Shown in pieces: positions 37,609 through 47,026 of a stretch of DNA of 54,392 bases. The stretch comes from Coleofasciculus sp. B1-GNL1-01 (lineage in GTDB: Bacteria > Cyanobacteriota > Cyanobacteriia > Cyanobacteriales > Coleofasciculaceae). The number at the start of each line of letters is the position of its first letter. The stretch's first letter is position 1. The stretch is from NCBI GenBank assembly GCA_040220235.1, contig JAVJTO010000134.1. The stretch is one strand, 5' to 3'. Below the pieces are notes generated by a model that ran no database searches, was not told the DNA's origin, and worked only from the letters and a program-made list of their open reading frames with translations. A program made the translations under genes and the position numbers.

Positions 37609-40600
37609 ATGCAACATTTAATCAACCGCTTTTTGATTAGCAGCGTGACTCTCAGCTTTTGGACAAATGTCACAATAGCATCGGCTCAAATTGTCCCCGA
37701 TAATACACTTCCGGTTAATTCTCAGGTCGATACATTTCAGGTGACGGGGATTCCGGTTCACCTAATTACAGGAGGAACGGAAATACAGGGAGTTAATCTG
37801 TTCCATAGTTTTGAAGATTTTTCCGTACCGACAGGAAATGTAGCATTTTTTAATAATGGCTTGAATATTGAGAACATTTTGAGTCGGGTAACGGGTGATA
37901 ATCTATCGAATATCGATGGGTTGATTCTGGCAAATGGCACAGCTAATCTGTTTTTAATTAATCCGAATGGGATTATTTTTGGTGAGAATGCTCGGTTAAA
38001 TGTTGGCGGTTCTTTTGTCGCATCTACAGCGAATGCCATTGGTTTTGGGAATCAAGGTATTTTTAGTGCAACTGATCCAGAGGCTCCGCCTTTACTCACG
38101 GTTAACCCAGATGTGCTTTTCTTTAATCAATTGGCGGCTCAAGGAGTGAGTTCGATTGAGGTGAGAGGTTCTCTATCTGTACCGTCGGGGGAAACTTTGT
38201 TACTTGTGGGGGGAAATGTTGCCCCTTCTTTGACTTCAACGGGGGAACTATTAATCGATGGTGGCAGTTTAACTGCTCCCGGTGGTCGAGTGGAATTAGC
38301 GGGAGTCGGCGCACCAGGAGAGGTAGGATTAACAGTTGATAAGGGGAATTTAAGATTAGATTTTCCAGAGGATTTGGCGCGGACGGATATAGCAATTTTT
38401 GGTAGTACTATCGATGTGGTAGGAGTCGATGGTGGTGATATTGTCATTTATGCCAGAGATTTAACCATCGGTAGCAGTATTGTCGGCAACCAACCTGATT
38501 TAGGGGAAACTTATACGCTGCACATTTCGATTGAAAATCAGGCAATAGATTCCCAGAATCCGAGCCAAGAAACTGAACCCAATAACTCAATTCATCGAGC
38601 GCAAAGCCTTGATGGTTCGTTCTCACTCGCGACTAATCCTAATATTGAATCTTCGACGACAATTCCATTTGTCTCGATTTCCGGTACAGGAGATGGAACA
38701 TTTGACTACTACTCATTTACGGTGGAAACGGCTGGGAGTCGGGGTATCTTTGATATTGACCAAGGCGATACGGGTGGAGCAGGTAGCTTAGACACAGAGA
38801 TTTTTTTGTTTGATGCTCAGGGAGGGTTACTGGCAAGTAATGATGATGCACCCACTACTCAGGGAGCCGACGGTAGCATCAGCATAGCAGATTCCTATAT
38901 AAGTTTTAATTTTGATACGCCTGGCACTTATGTAATTGGGGTGGGTAAGTACAATTCCAATTCAAAATTTAGTCAATTGACGGCTGGAATCGCTTCAGGT
39001 TTGGGTTCAGTAGATGCTCAAGCGGGGGATATTACCATTGATGCAACTGGAACCGTGGCTTTAGCCGAAGGGGTGATTGGTAATAATGTTGAAAATGGAG
39101 CCACAGGAAGCGGAGGAGATATCAGGATTGCAACTTCCTCAGTTTCTCTAACGAATGGCGCTAGAATTGACGCCTCTACCTGGGGAGAAGGAAATGTGGG
39201 TCAGGTCGTAATTCGGGCAACGGATAGCCTCTTATTGGATGGGGAAGATAGTCAAGGATTTGTGAGTGGAATTTTTAGTCGAGTGAAATCAGGAGCTATG
39301 GGAAATTCTGGAGGAGTAGAAATTGAGACTGGCTCTTTAAGTTTAAGTAATGGCGCTCTAATTAATACCAGCACTGAAGGAGAAGGAGATGCTGGCCAGG
39401 TTATCATTCGAGTAACGGATAGCCTCTTATTGGATGGGGAAGATAGTCAAGGCTTCGGCAGTAGTGTTTTTAGTCGAGTGGAATCAGGAGCCAAGGGAAA
39501 TTCTGGAGGAGTAGACATTGAGAGTGGTTCTTTAACCGCTACTAATGGCGGTCGAATTAATGCTTCTACTTTTGGAGAAGGAAATGTCGGTCAGGTTGTC
39601 ATTCTAACAGATAGCCTTTTAATTGATGGAGAAGATAGTCGAGGATTACCCAGTGGTATTTTGAGTACAGTCCAGCCAGGAGCCAAGGGTAATTCTGGCG
39701 ATGTGGACATTGAAAGTGGCTCTTTAATCGTTACTAATGGCGGTCGAATTAATGCCTTTACCTTTGGAGAAAGAGATGCGGGTCAGGTGGTAATTCGGGT
39801 GACCGATAGCCTCTTGCTGGATGGAGAAAATAGTCAAGGATTACCCAGTAGTGTTGTGAGTCAAGTGGAATCAGGAGCTATGGGTAATTCTGGGGGTGTG
39901 GATATTGAAACTGGCTCTTTAACTGTAACTAATGGGGCAAAAATTTCTGCTTCTATTCTTGGAGAAGGAGATGCGGGTCAGGTGGTAATTCGGGTGACCG
40001 ATAGCCTCTTGCTGGATGGAGAAAATAGTCAAGGATTACCCAGTAGTGTTTTGAGTCGAGTGGAATCAGAAGCTAAGGGAAATTCTGGAGGAATAGAAAT
40101 TGAAAGTAGATCTTTAACTGCAACTAATGGCGCTCTAATTGATGCTAGTACTGAAGGAGAAGGAAATGCAGGTCAGATGGTCATTCGGGTAACCGATAGT
40201 CTCTTATTGAATGGGGAAAGCCGTCAAGGATTTCTCAGTGGTGTTGTTAGTCGAGTGGAATCAGGAGCTAAAGGCAATTCAGGGGGCGTGGACATTGAGA
40301 GTGGTTCTTTAACTTTAAGTAATGGCGCTATAATTGATGCTTCGACCTGGGGAGAAGGAGATGCGGGTCAGGTGGTAATTCGGGCAACCGATAGCCTCTT
40401 ATTGGATGGGGAATTTAGTCAAGGATTCGGCAGTAGTATTTTTAGTACCGTACAGCCGGGAGCTAAGGGAAATTCTGGAGGAGTAGACATTGATACTGGC
40501 ACTTTAACTTTAAACAATGGCGCTATAATTGATGCTTCGACCTGGGGAGAAGGAGATGCGGGTCAGATAGTAATTCAGGTAACAGATAGCTTTTTATTGG

Positions 40601-43149
40601 ATGGGGAAGATAGTCAAGGATTACCTAGTGGTGTTTTGAGTACAGTGTTCTCAGGAGCCAAGGGAAATTCTGGGGGTGTGGATATTGAGACTGGCACTTT
40701 AACTGCAACCAATGGTGCACGAATTATTACCTCGACTTTTGGAGGAGGAAATGCGGGTCAGATAGAAATTTGGGCAATAGATAGCCTCTTGTTGGATGGG
40801 GAATCTAGTCAAGGATTTCTCAGTGGTGTTTTGAGTCGAGTGGAAGATGGAGCCAAGGGAAATTCTGGGGGTGTGGACATTGAAACTGGCTCTTTAACCG
40901 CTACCAATGGCGCACTAATTGATGCCTCGACCTTTGGAGAAGGAAATGCGGGTCAGATAGAAATTCAGGTAACGGATAGCCTCTTATTGGATGGGGAATC
41001 TCGTCAAGGAGACATCAGTGGCATTTTTAGTCAAGTGGAATCAGGAGCCAAGGGGAATTCTGGAGGAGTAGAAATTGAGACTGGCTCTTTAACCGCTACC
41101 AATGGCGCACTAATTATTGCCTCGACCTTGGGAGAAGGAAATGCGGGTCAGATAGAAATTCAGGCAACGGATAGCCTCTTATTGGATGGGGAATCTCGTC
41201 AAGGATTACCTAGTGGTGTTGCTAGTCAAGTATTACCAGGAGCTAAGGGAAATTCTGGGGGTGTGAACATCGAGACTGGCTTTTTAAGTGCGACTAACGG
41301 CGCTCAAATTACTGCCAGTACGGGAGGAGAAGGAGATGCGGGTCAGATAGAAATTCGGGCAACAGATAGCCTCTTATTAGATGGGGAATCTCGTCAAGGA
41401 TTTCTCAGTGGTGTTTTTAGTACAGTGGAATTAGGAGCTAAGGGAAATTCTAGGGGTGTAGACATTGAGACTGGCTTTTTAAGTGCAACTAATGGCGCTC
41501 AAATTACTGCCAGTACGGGAGGAGAAGGAGATGCGGGTCAGATAGAAATTCGGGTAATGGATAGCCTTTTATTGGATGGGGAATCTAGTCAAGTATTCTC
41601 CAGTGGTGTTTTTAGTACAGTGGAATCAGGAGCCAAGGGAAATTCTGGGGGTGTGGACATTGAGACTGGCTCTTTAACCGCAACCAATGGCGCACTAATT
41701 GATGCCTCGACCTTTGGAGAAGGAGATGCTGGTCAGGTCGTAATTCGGGCAACGGATAGTATTCTATTGGATGGGGAAGATAGCCAAGGATTCGGCAGTA
41801 GTATTTTTAGTACAGTGCAGCCAGGAGCTAAGGGGAATTCTGGAGGAGTAGACATTGAGAGTGACTCTGTAACCGCCACTAATGGCGCTCAAATTTCTGC
41901 CGAAACCCAAAGTACGGGTATGGCTGGAGGGGTAAGAATTTCTGCTACAGATTTTATCCAATTGATTGAGGATAGTTCCATCCGTGCTAATGCCACGGCG
42001 ACAGGTGCTGCTGGAGATATTATCTTAAACACTCAACAATTGACTCTGGAAAATAATGCACAGATACTAGCATCCAATATCTCCAGTCGGAGTGAGGGTA
42101 TTACCCTAGAAGGCTTGGATACCTTGAGTGTTAGCCAGAATAGTGCAATTTCGGCTTCAACTCAAACAGGTGCAGCTGGAAATTTAAGAATTAATTCTAA
42201 CTCCCATCCGGCTAATTCGGTGCAAGTGAGTCATGATAGTCGCCTATCTGTAGAAGCGATTCAAGGTGGCACAGCCGGTGATTTAACTGTGAAAACCTCT
42301 CAGATGTCTGTCGAAGATGGGTCATCTGTAACTGTGAGTAGTTCATCGGGACGAGCCGGAAATTTGACGATTTGGGCAAACTCCCTGGTTCTTGATGACG
42401 GTCAACTTACGGCGGAAACCGGAACCAGTGGTGTAGAAGCTGGGGCGAATATCAGTTTGGACGGCTTAGACATATTACTCATGAGGGATGACAGCTTGAT
42501 TTCTGCCAAAGCCTCTGGTGATGCCAATGGCGGTAATATCGACATTAACACCCTTTTTCTGTTAGTCCTACCCCCAGAAGGTGTCAACGGCAGTGATATT
42601 ATTGCTAGTGCTGAACGGGGTGATGGGGGTCGCATTATTATCACGGGTGAAGGCATTTTTGGCATTGAGGAACGTCCAGCTATTCCCGGCAATCGGACTA
42701 ACGATATTGATGCCAGTTCTCAGTTTGGCAATCCGGGTCAAGTCATAACCAATGTACCCCTTGATCCCAGTCGAGGTCTGATTCAATTACCTAGCACTTT
42801 TATTGACCCCTCTGGACAAATTAATCGGACTTGTGCCCCTAGTAATCGTCAGAATCAATTTATGGTCACGGGACGGGGAGGTTTACCGGAAAACCCGACG
42901 GATTTAGTTAGTCCTGACTGGGTACAAGATGATTTTGGTACGGTGATACCCAGGGAGGAAGATGAGGAAATAAAAGAACCAGCGGACGAGGAGAATTCTT
43001 CTATTTCTCATCCTCCCAAACAGATTATTGAAGCTCAAGGTTGGATTATTGATGCTGAAGGTAATGTGGTGTTGACGGCTAATGTTCCCAATGGAACGCC
43101 TCACGGCGGTTGGCAAAATTCGGTCAATTGTCAGGTTTCTGCCCCGTAG
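37609..43149 (+). CDS. Filamentous haemagglutinin-like (TpsA) exoprotein
   Basis: AQIVPDNTL, NLFHSF..FSV and LINPNGIIFG TPS domain. About 14 x 65-aa repeats. C-terminal F.VTGRGGLP and IIEAQGW. Confidence 0.92.
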   Translation: MQHLINRFLISSVTLSFWTNVTIASAQIVPDNTLPVNSQVDTFQVTGIPVHLITGGTEIQGVNLFHSFEDFSVPTGNVAFFNNGLNIENILSRVTGDNLSNIDGLILANGTANLFLINPNGIIFGENARLNVGGSFVASTANAIGFGNQGIFSATDPEAPPLLTVNPDVLFFNQLAAQGVSSIEVRGSLSVPSGETLLLVGGNVAPSLTSTGELLIDGGSLTAPGGRVELAGVGAPGEVGLTVDKGNLRLDFPEDLARTDIAIFGSTIDVVGVDGGDIVIYARDLTIGSSIVGNQPDLGETYTLHISIENQAIDSQNPSQETEPNNSIHRAQSLDGSFSLATNPNIESSTTIPFVSISGTGDGTFDYYSFTVETAGSRGIFDIDQGDTGGAGSLDTEIFLFDAQGGLLASNDDAPTTQGADGSISIADSYISFNFDTPGTYVIGVGKYNSNSKFSQLTAGIASGLGSVDAQAGDITIDATGTVALAEGVIGNNVENGATGSGGDIRIATSSVSLTNGARIDASTWGEGNVGQVVIRATDSLLLDGEDSQGFVSGIFSRVKSGAMGNSGGVEIETGSLSLSNGALINTSTEGEGDAGQVIIRVTDSLLLDGEDSQGFGSSVFSRVESGAKGNSGGVDIESGSLTATNGGRINASTFGEGNVGQVVILTDSLLIDGEDSRGLPSGILSTVQPGAKGNSGDVDIESGSLIVTNGGRINAFTFGERDAGQVVIRVTDSLLLDGENSQGLPSSVVSQVESGAMGNSGGVDIETGSLTVTNGAKISASILGEGDAGQVVIRVTDSLLLDGENSQGLPSSVLSRVESEAKGNSGGIEIESRSLTATNGALIDASTEGEGNAGQMVIRVTDSLLLNGESRQGFLSGVVSRVESGAKGNSGGVDIESGSLTLSNGAIIDASTWGEGDAGQVVIRATDSLLLDGEFSQGFGSSIFSTVQPGAKGNSGGVDIDTGTLTLNNGAIIDASTWGEGDAGQIVIQVTDSFLLDGEDSQGLPSGVLSTVFSGAKGNSGGVDIETGTLTATNGARIITSTFGGGNAGQIEIWAIDSLLLDGESSQGFLSGVLSRVEDGAKGNSGGVDIETGSLTATNGALIDASTFGEGNAGQIEIQVTDSLLLDGESRQGDISGIFSQVESGAKGNSGGVEIETGSLTATNGALIIASTLGEGNAGQIEIQATDSLLLDGESRQGLPSGVASQVLPGAKGNSGGVNIETGFLSATNGAQITASTGGEGDAGQIEIRATDSLLLDGESRQGFLSGVFSTVELGAKGNSRGVDIETGFLSATNGAQITASTGGEGDAGQIEIRVMDSLLLDGESSQVFSSGVFSTVESGAKGNSGGVDIETGSLTATNGALIDASTFGEGDAGQVVIRATDSILLDGEDSQGFGSSIFSTVQPGAKGNSGGVDIESDSVTATNGAQISAETQSTGMAGGVRISATDFIQLIEDSSIRANATATGAAGDIILNTQQLTLENNAQILASNISSRSEGITLEGLDTLSVSQNSAISASTQTGAAGNLRINSNSHPANSVQVSHDSRLSVEAIQGGTAGDLTVKTSQMSVEDGSSVTVSSSSGRAGNLTIWANSLVLDDGQLTAETGTSGVEAGANISLDGLDILLMRDDSLISAKASGDANGGNIDINTLFLLVLPPEGVNGSDIIASAERGDGGRIIITGEGIFGIEERPAIPGNRTNDIDASSQFGNPGQVITNVPLDPSRGLIQLPSTFIDPSGQINRTCAPSNRQNQFMVTGRGGLPENPTDLVSPDWVQDDFGTVIPREEDEEIKEPADEENSSISHPPKQIIEAQGWIIDAEGNVVLTANVPNGTPHGGWQNSVNCQVSAP
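39106..41900 (+). repeat. ~14 tandem 195-bp (65-aa) beta-helix repeats inside the haemagglutinin gene
   Basis: GNSGGVDIETGSL..TNGA.I.AST.GEG.AGQ..I...DSLLLDGE recurs at 39301, 39496, ... ~41833. Confidence 0.9.
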
Positions 43150-43374
43150 AGACTCCTCATGCTACGTCTCTACAATTGACAGGATTGCTGATTCTTTCTT
43201 TAGAGGCTGCTGAATAAGTCTTGTGGTGGGAATAGGGAATAGGGCATAGAGAATAGACAACGGCTATAAATGGTGCGTTAGCGAAGCGTAACGCACCCTA
43301 CAATTTCGCAATGATTTGGTGGGTTGCGAAGAGGACACCCTGACAAACATTGAAGATAATAAAATATAGATTAG

Positions 43375-45627
43375 TCAATCTGAAGAAAACTGACGCAAAT
43401 AATAAAACATCGCTGCGATTTCAGGAGTAATCCCAGTAAACCGAATACTGAAACATCTGGGATTATCTACCGATTTCTCAACAACTTTCGCGTAAATATC
43501 TCCTAATTCCTTTGCCTTGTGGGTTCCTGTGACTAAGTTAATCTTGAGGTTACTGAACAATTCTACAGACTTTTGGGTGTGAATCTCAGCCCCATGAGTC
43601 GATAATTTTAAAATCGCCCCGTGACCGACTGTTTCCCCTAAATACTTCCCCTCTAAAACCGTGTACTGGATTTTAATTTCCTTCACTAAGACGACAAAAT
43701 TTGAGTCTGATTTCGGCAAAAATAAATTAAACTGACCGCCAATCCCACCAATCTCATAAACCATAATCAGTTCACAAAAGCCTTTCGGGTGAACTTTAAA
43801 TTTCCTATCAACCCTGAGAAGTGAACCCACCTGTTTAAACAGATACTCAGAAATTAAAATTTGTCCACCAACGGTATAGGATTCAATCCGAGACGCCAAG
43901 TTAACCGGATTACCAACAATCGCATACTTTGCCCGTTTTTGTGACCCAATATTCCCCGCTAATACATCTCCCCCATGAATGCCAATCCCCATTTCTAAGG
44001 TTGGCAAATCTAGGGTATCATTGTACTGATTAACATCCGCCATCGCCAATTGCATCGCAATCCCACAAGCGATCGCGCGTTGGCAATCGTCCTCTCGCTC
44101 AATCGGCGCACCAAATATAACCAGCATCCCATCACCCATAATCTCACTAATCACACCCTGATAGTGATCAATCACATCCGTCATCACTTGCAAGTAATGG
44201 TTAATGACTATCATGCCTGTCTTCGGCGACATTCGTTGGGAAATTGCTGAAAATCCCCTTAAATCGGAAAATAAAACCGTAACCTGGCGGTTTTCTCCAC
44301 CTAACTGCAATCCTTGAGGCGTCTCCAGCAAATTCGCCACCACTGCATCCGTGACATAGCGACCAAATATGCGGCGCATCTGATCCGCACCGTAAGCCAC
44401 ATACCCGATAATCGCGATCGCAGACCCCGTTAACCCCAGAATCGGCGGTATCACGGGAATCCACCACCCCTGCAAAAACGCCCAGTAACAGCCGCCAACC
44501 AAGCTACCGCCCACTAAAATCAGACTCACCACCTTAACAGGCGATCGCCCAGTCACACCCCCCCGATAACGTTGTCTCCAGGTCAATATCGCCCCGACTA
44601 CCGTCCAAGCTACGATCCACAGGATTTCCCAGGGTTCCGACCAAACCTGAATCAGCGGACGCCCTTCTAACGCCGCACTCAGTATCTGACTCACCACATC
44701 TGCATGAATTTCCACCCCCGTTGATTGATTCACCAACCCGCGACTATAGGGGGTGAAAAAGTGATCAGCAACACTTTCAGCGGTGACTCCAATCAAGACA
44801 ATGCGTCCTGCCAAAGCAGCGCCGGAGGCATCGCGTCCCCAATCTTTTGGTATTGTTCCCTCTAGGACATCCGAAATCGAAACCGACTCAAACCCTTGCC
44901 TGAGATTGCGAAAATTAGAGATGATCTGAAATCCACCCGCATCTGTCCGGACATAGCCCCCATCATGCTGATTGAAACGAGTAAAAATAGCTTGACCCAA
45001 CCGATACTGAGTTCCCGCCTCATCGACTTGCTCAAGCGTAATCCCTTCTGCCTCTAAATAAGTCAACGCTAACATCGTGCTAAAACTAGGGATAATGTCC
45101 CCCGATGGAGTTCCCAGAGACAGTAAACTGCGACGAACTTTACCATCACTATCCACAACCAAATCATTCGCGCCAATCTGACCCAATTCGTTCAATACTG
45201 GTGGTGGATTAACTGCCGTTCCCGACCCATCTCCGGCTACCTTACGAATGCCAATCAAATTCGGAGTCGATTGAAATACCTCAACCAATTCCTGATACCC
45301 AGGTTCTACAGGTAAATCGCGATACAGATCCAAACCAATGGCTCTGGGTTGTTGTTGTTTGAGTATTTTTAGTAATTGGGCAAGTGTCCGATCTGAGGGG
45401 GGCCACTTGCCGAGTTTTTGGATATCCTGCTCATTAATTTCAACAATCACAATCCGCGAGTCCACCGCTTCAGGGGGACGCCAGCGAAAAAATTGATCCA
45501 GAGCGGCGAGTTCCAGTTCTTGCAGCCATCCCGCCCAGCGTAACCCGATGACGATTCCCGCTACAGTCGGAGCCGCAATAAACACACCCCGCCATTGCCA
45601 GAGTTGTTTTCTCAGTGTTGCCCACAT
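43375..45627 (-). CDS. CHASE2-domain class III adenylate/guanylate cyclase (Cya2-like)
   Basis: CHASE2 (IVIVEINE, IGLDLYRD, GVEIHA), 3 TM helices, FSDLRGF, EIMGDG and VNLASRIESYT. Start set at MWATLRK. Confidence 0.9.
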   Translation of the reverse strand: MWATLRKQLWQWRGVFIAAPTVAGIVIGLRWAGWLQELELAALDQFFRWRPPEAVDSRIVIVEINEQDIQKLGKWPPSDRTLAQLLKILKQQQPRAIGLDLYRDLPVEPGYQELVEVFQSTPNLIGIRKVAGDGSGTAVNPPPVLNELGQIGANDLVVDSDGKVRRSLLSLGTPSGDIIPSFSTMLALTYLEAEGITLEQVDEAGTQYRLGQAIFTRFNQHDGGYVRTDAGGFQIISNFRNLRQGFESVSISDVLEGTIPKDWGRDASGAALAGRIVLIGVTAESVADHFFTPYSRGLVNQSTGVEIHADVVSQILSAALEGRPLIQVWSEPWEILWIVAWTVVGAILTWRQRYRGGVTGRSPVKVVSLILVGGSLVGGCYWAFLQGWWIPVIPPILGLTGSAIAIIGYVAYGADQMRRIFGRYVTDAVVANLLETPQGLQLGGENRQVTVLFSDLRGFSAISQRMSPKTGMIVINHYLQVMTDVIDHYQGVISEIMGDGMLVIFGAPIEREDDCQRAIACGIAMQLAMADVNQYNDTLDLPTLEMGIGIHGGDVLAGNIGSQKRAKYAIVGNPVNLASRIESYTVGGQILISEYLFKQVGSLLRVDRKFKVHPKGFCELIMVYEIGGIGGQFNLFLPKSDSNFVVLVKEIKIQYTVLEGKYLGETVGHGAILKLSTHGAEIHTQKSVELFSNLKINLVTGTHKAKELGDIYAKVVEKSVDNPRCFSIRFTGITPEIAAMFYYLRQFSSD

Positions 45628-45843
45628 AACCTCAATCGACCCCCGCAAAGAAACAGGTTTAGCTGTTATCTTACCTGTAAGTCGTCGGATAAAATTATGA
45701 GACGAGGGAACAGGGAATAGCGAACAGGGAATGGTTGTAGTGCGAGCGTCTCGCTCGCTATTGTGTATTTGTCTTCCTCGTGTGAGGTTACTCCACCTTT
45801 CGGGTTCTCCTCTAAAGTACGAGAAGGCTTCGTCTTAAACTGA

Positions 45844-46138
45844 TAAGTAGATTGGTGAAAATAAATTCAACCATATTAAGTTATGCAAACCCAACTCAAA
45901 TCCTTACATAAACGTAGCTTGCTTGGCGCTCCCTTGAGTAAGCTGTCATGCATTTAAATTGGGTATTAGTAGCGAGCAAGATGCAAAGCCTGCGGCATGG
46001 CTTCGCTAAAGCCTGCGGCATGGCTTCGCTAAACGCACTACAAGGATTGCGCCATTATTGATATTAAGGTTTAAATGCCGAACAGCTTATGACGAATGAC
46101 GATTACCACCGTTAACTTTAACAGTCTCTACCTACTTA
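45844..46138. mobile_element. TAAGTAG-type MITE containing a nested TAAGCTG-type MITE (45939-46089)
   Basis: Outer TAAGTAG...CTACTTA. Inner TAAGCTGTCATGCATTTAAA...TTTAAATGCCGAACAGCTTA. 23-bp direct repeat at 45985 and 46008. Confidence 0.7.
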
Positions 46139-46144
46139 AAACTG

Positions 46145-46732
46145 ATGCCAATCAACCAACAGGAAACCCAAATCCCCCTATACCTGTGGACAGTTGAAGA
46201 CTATCACCGGATGGTAGAAGTGGGCATTTTATCACCTGATCAACCCGTCGAATTAATAGCCGGACAGATTATCCGAAAAATGAGTCCCCAAGGAACACCC
46301 CATGCGACAGCCATTACCCTAACCCGATTGCTGTTAGAAGATAACTTAAGACAACAAGTGCTAGTCAGGACGCAACTTCCCGTAACATTAAGCGATCGCT
46401 CAGAACCGGAACCTGATGTGGCGGTGGTTATGCCCGATGTTTTACGCTACATTGATCATCACCCTCACCCCTCAGAAATCTATCTGATTATTGAAGTTGC
46501 CGATAGGACACTCAATACAGACTGCGGTATCAAGGCAAATGATTATGCCAACTCGGACATTCAAGAGTATTGGGTGCTAAACCTCAAGCAACGTCAACTG
46601 CACGTTTTTCGAGAACCGACTCCACAAGGGTATCAGCGAGAGGTAATCCTAGCGGAAAATGATCGGATTTCTCCATTACAGTTTCCGAATTTGAGCATCG
46701 CAGTGATGCAGATGTTACCACCTAGGTTCTAG
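46145..46732 (+). CDS. Uma2-family PD-(D/E)xK endonuclease-like protein
   Basis: WTVEDYHRM, VELIAGQI, SEPEPDVAV, LIIEVAD and EYWVLNL. Confidence 0.9.
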   Translation: MPINQQETQIPLYLWTVEDYHRMVEVGILSPDQPVELIAGQIIRKMSPQGTPHATAITLTRLLLEDNLRQQVLVRTQLPVTLSDRSEPEPDVAVVMPDVLRYIDHHPHPSEIYLIIEVADRTLNTDCGIKANDYANSDIQEYWVLNLKQRQLHVFREPTPQGYQREVILAENDRISPLQFPNLSIAVMQMLPPRF

Positions 46733-46811
46733 GGTAGGGGTTTGGTTGCCAAACTCCTAACGGTGAGGATGTCAAGAATCTAACGTTTCACGCGAAGTCT
46801 ATAAACCTGAG

Positions 46812-46883
46812 TCGGGGCGGGTGTAGGGTGCGTTAGCGTAAGCGTAACGCACCACAAAAGATAGTAGTGAAACCCGCCCCTAC
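46812..46883. repeat. Nested REP-like palindromes (GGGGCGGG...CCCGCCCC enclosing GGTGCGTTA..TAACGCACC)
   Basis: Two inverted-repeat families. The inner one also occurs at ~43272-43298. Confidence 0.65.
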
Positions 46884-47026
46884 ACACTTAACACTCACGT
46901 TGCACCACATACCGTGACAAGTCAGGTCAAGAATAGGGTTAAACTAGGAAAACTGGCAGCCACTATACTCTGCTAGCTGTTCATCCTATTCACACCCAAC
47001 CCTTGTCCACGAAGCGCGATCGCATT

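Noticed and set aside
39106..41900. Haemagglutinin repeats as DGR template/variable repeats linked to the RT at the window start
   Set aside because: The RT belongs to a group II intron. The repeats are in-frame tandem units and I saw no adenine-restricted mismatch pattern.
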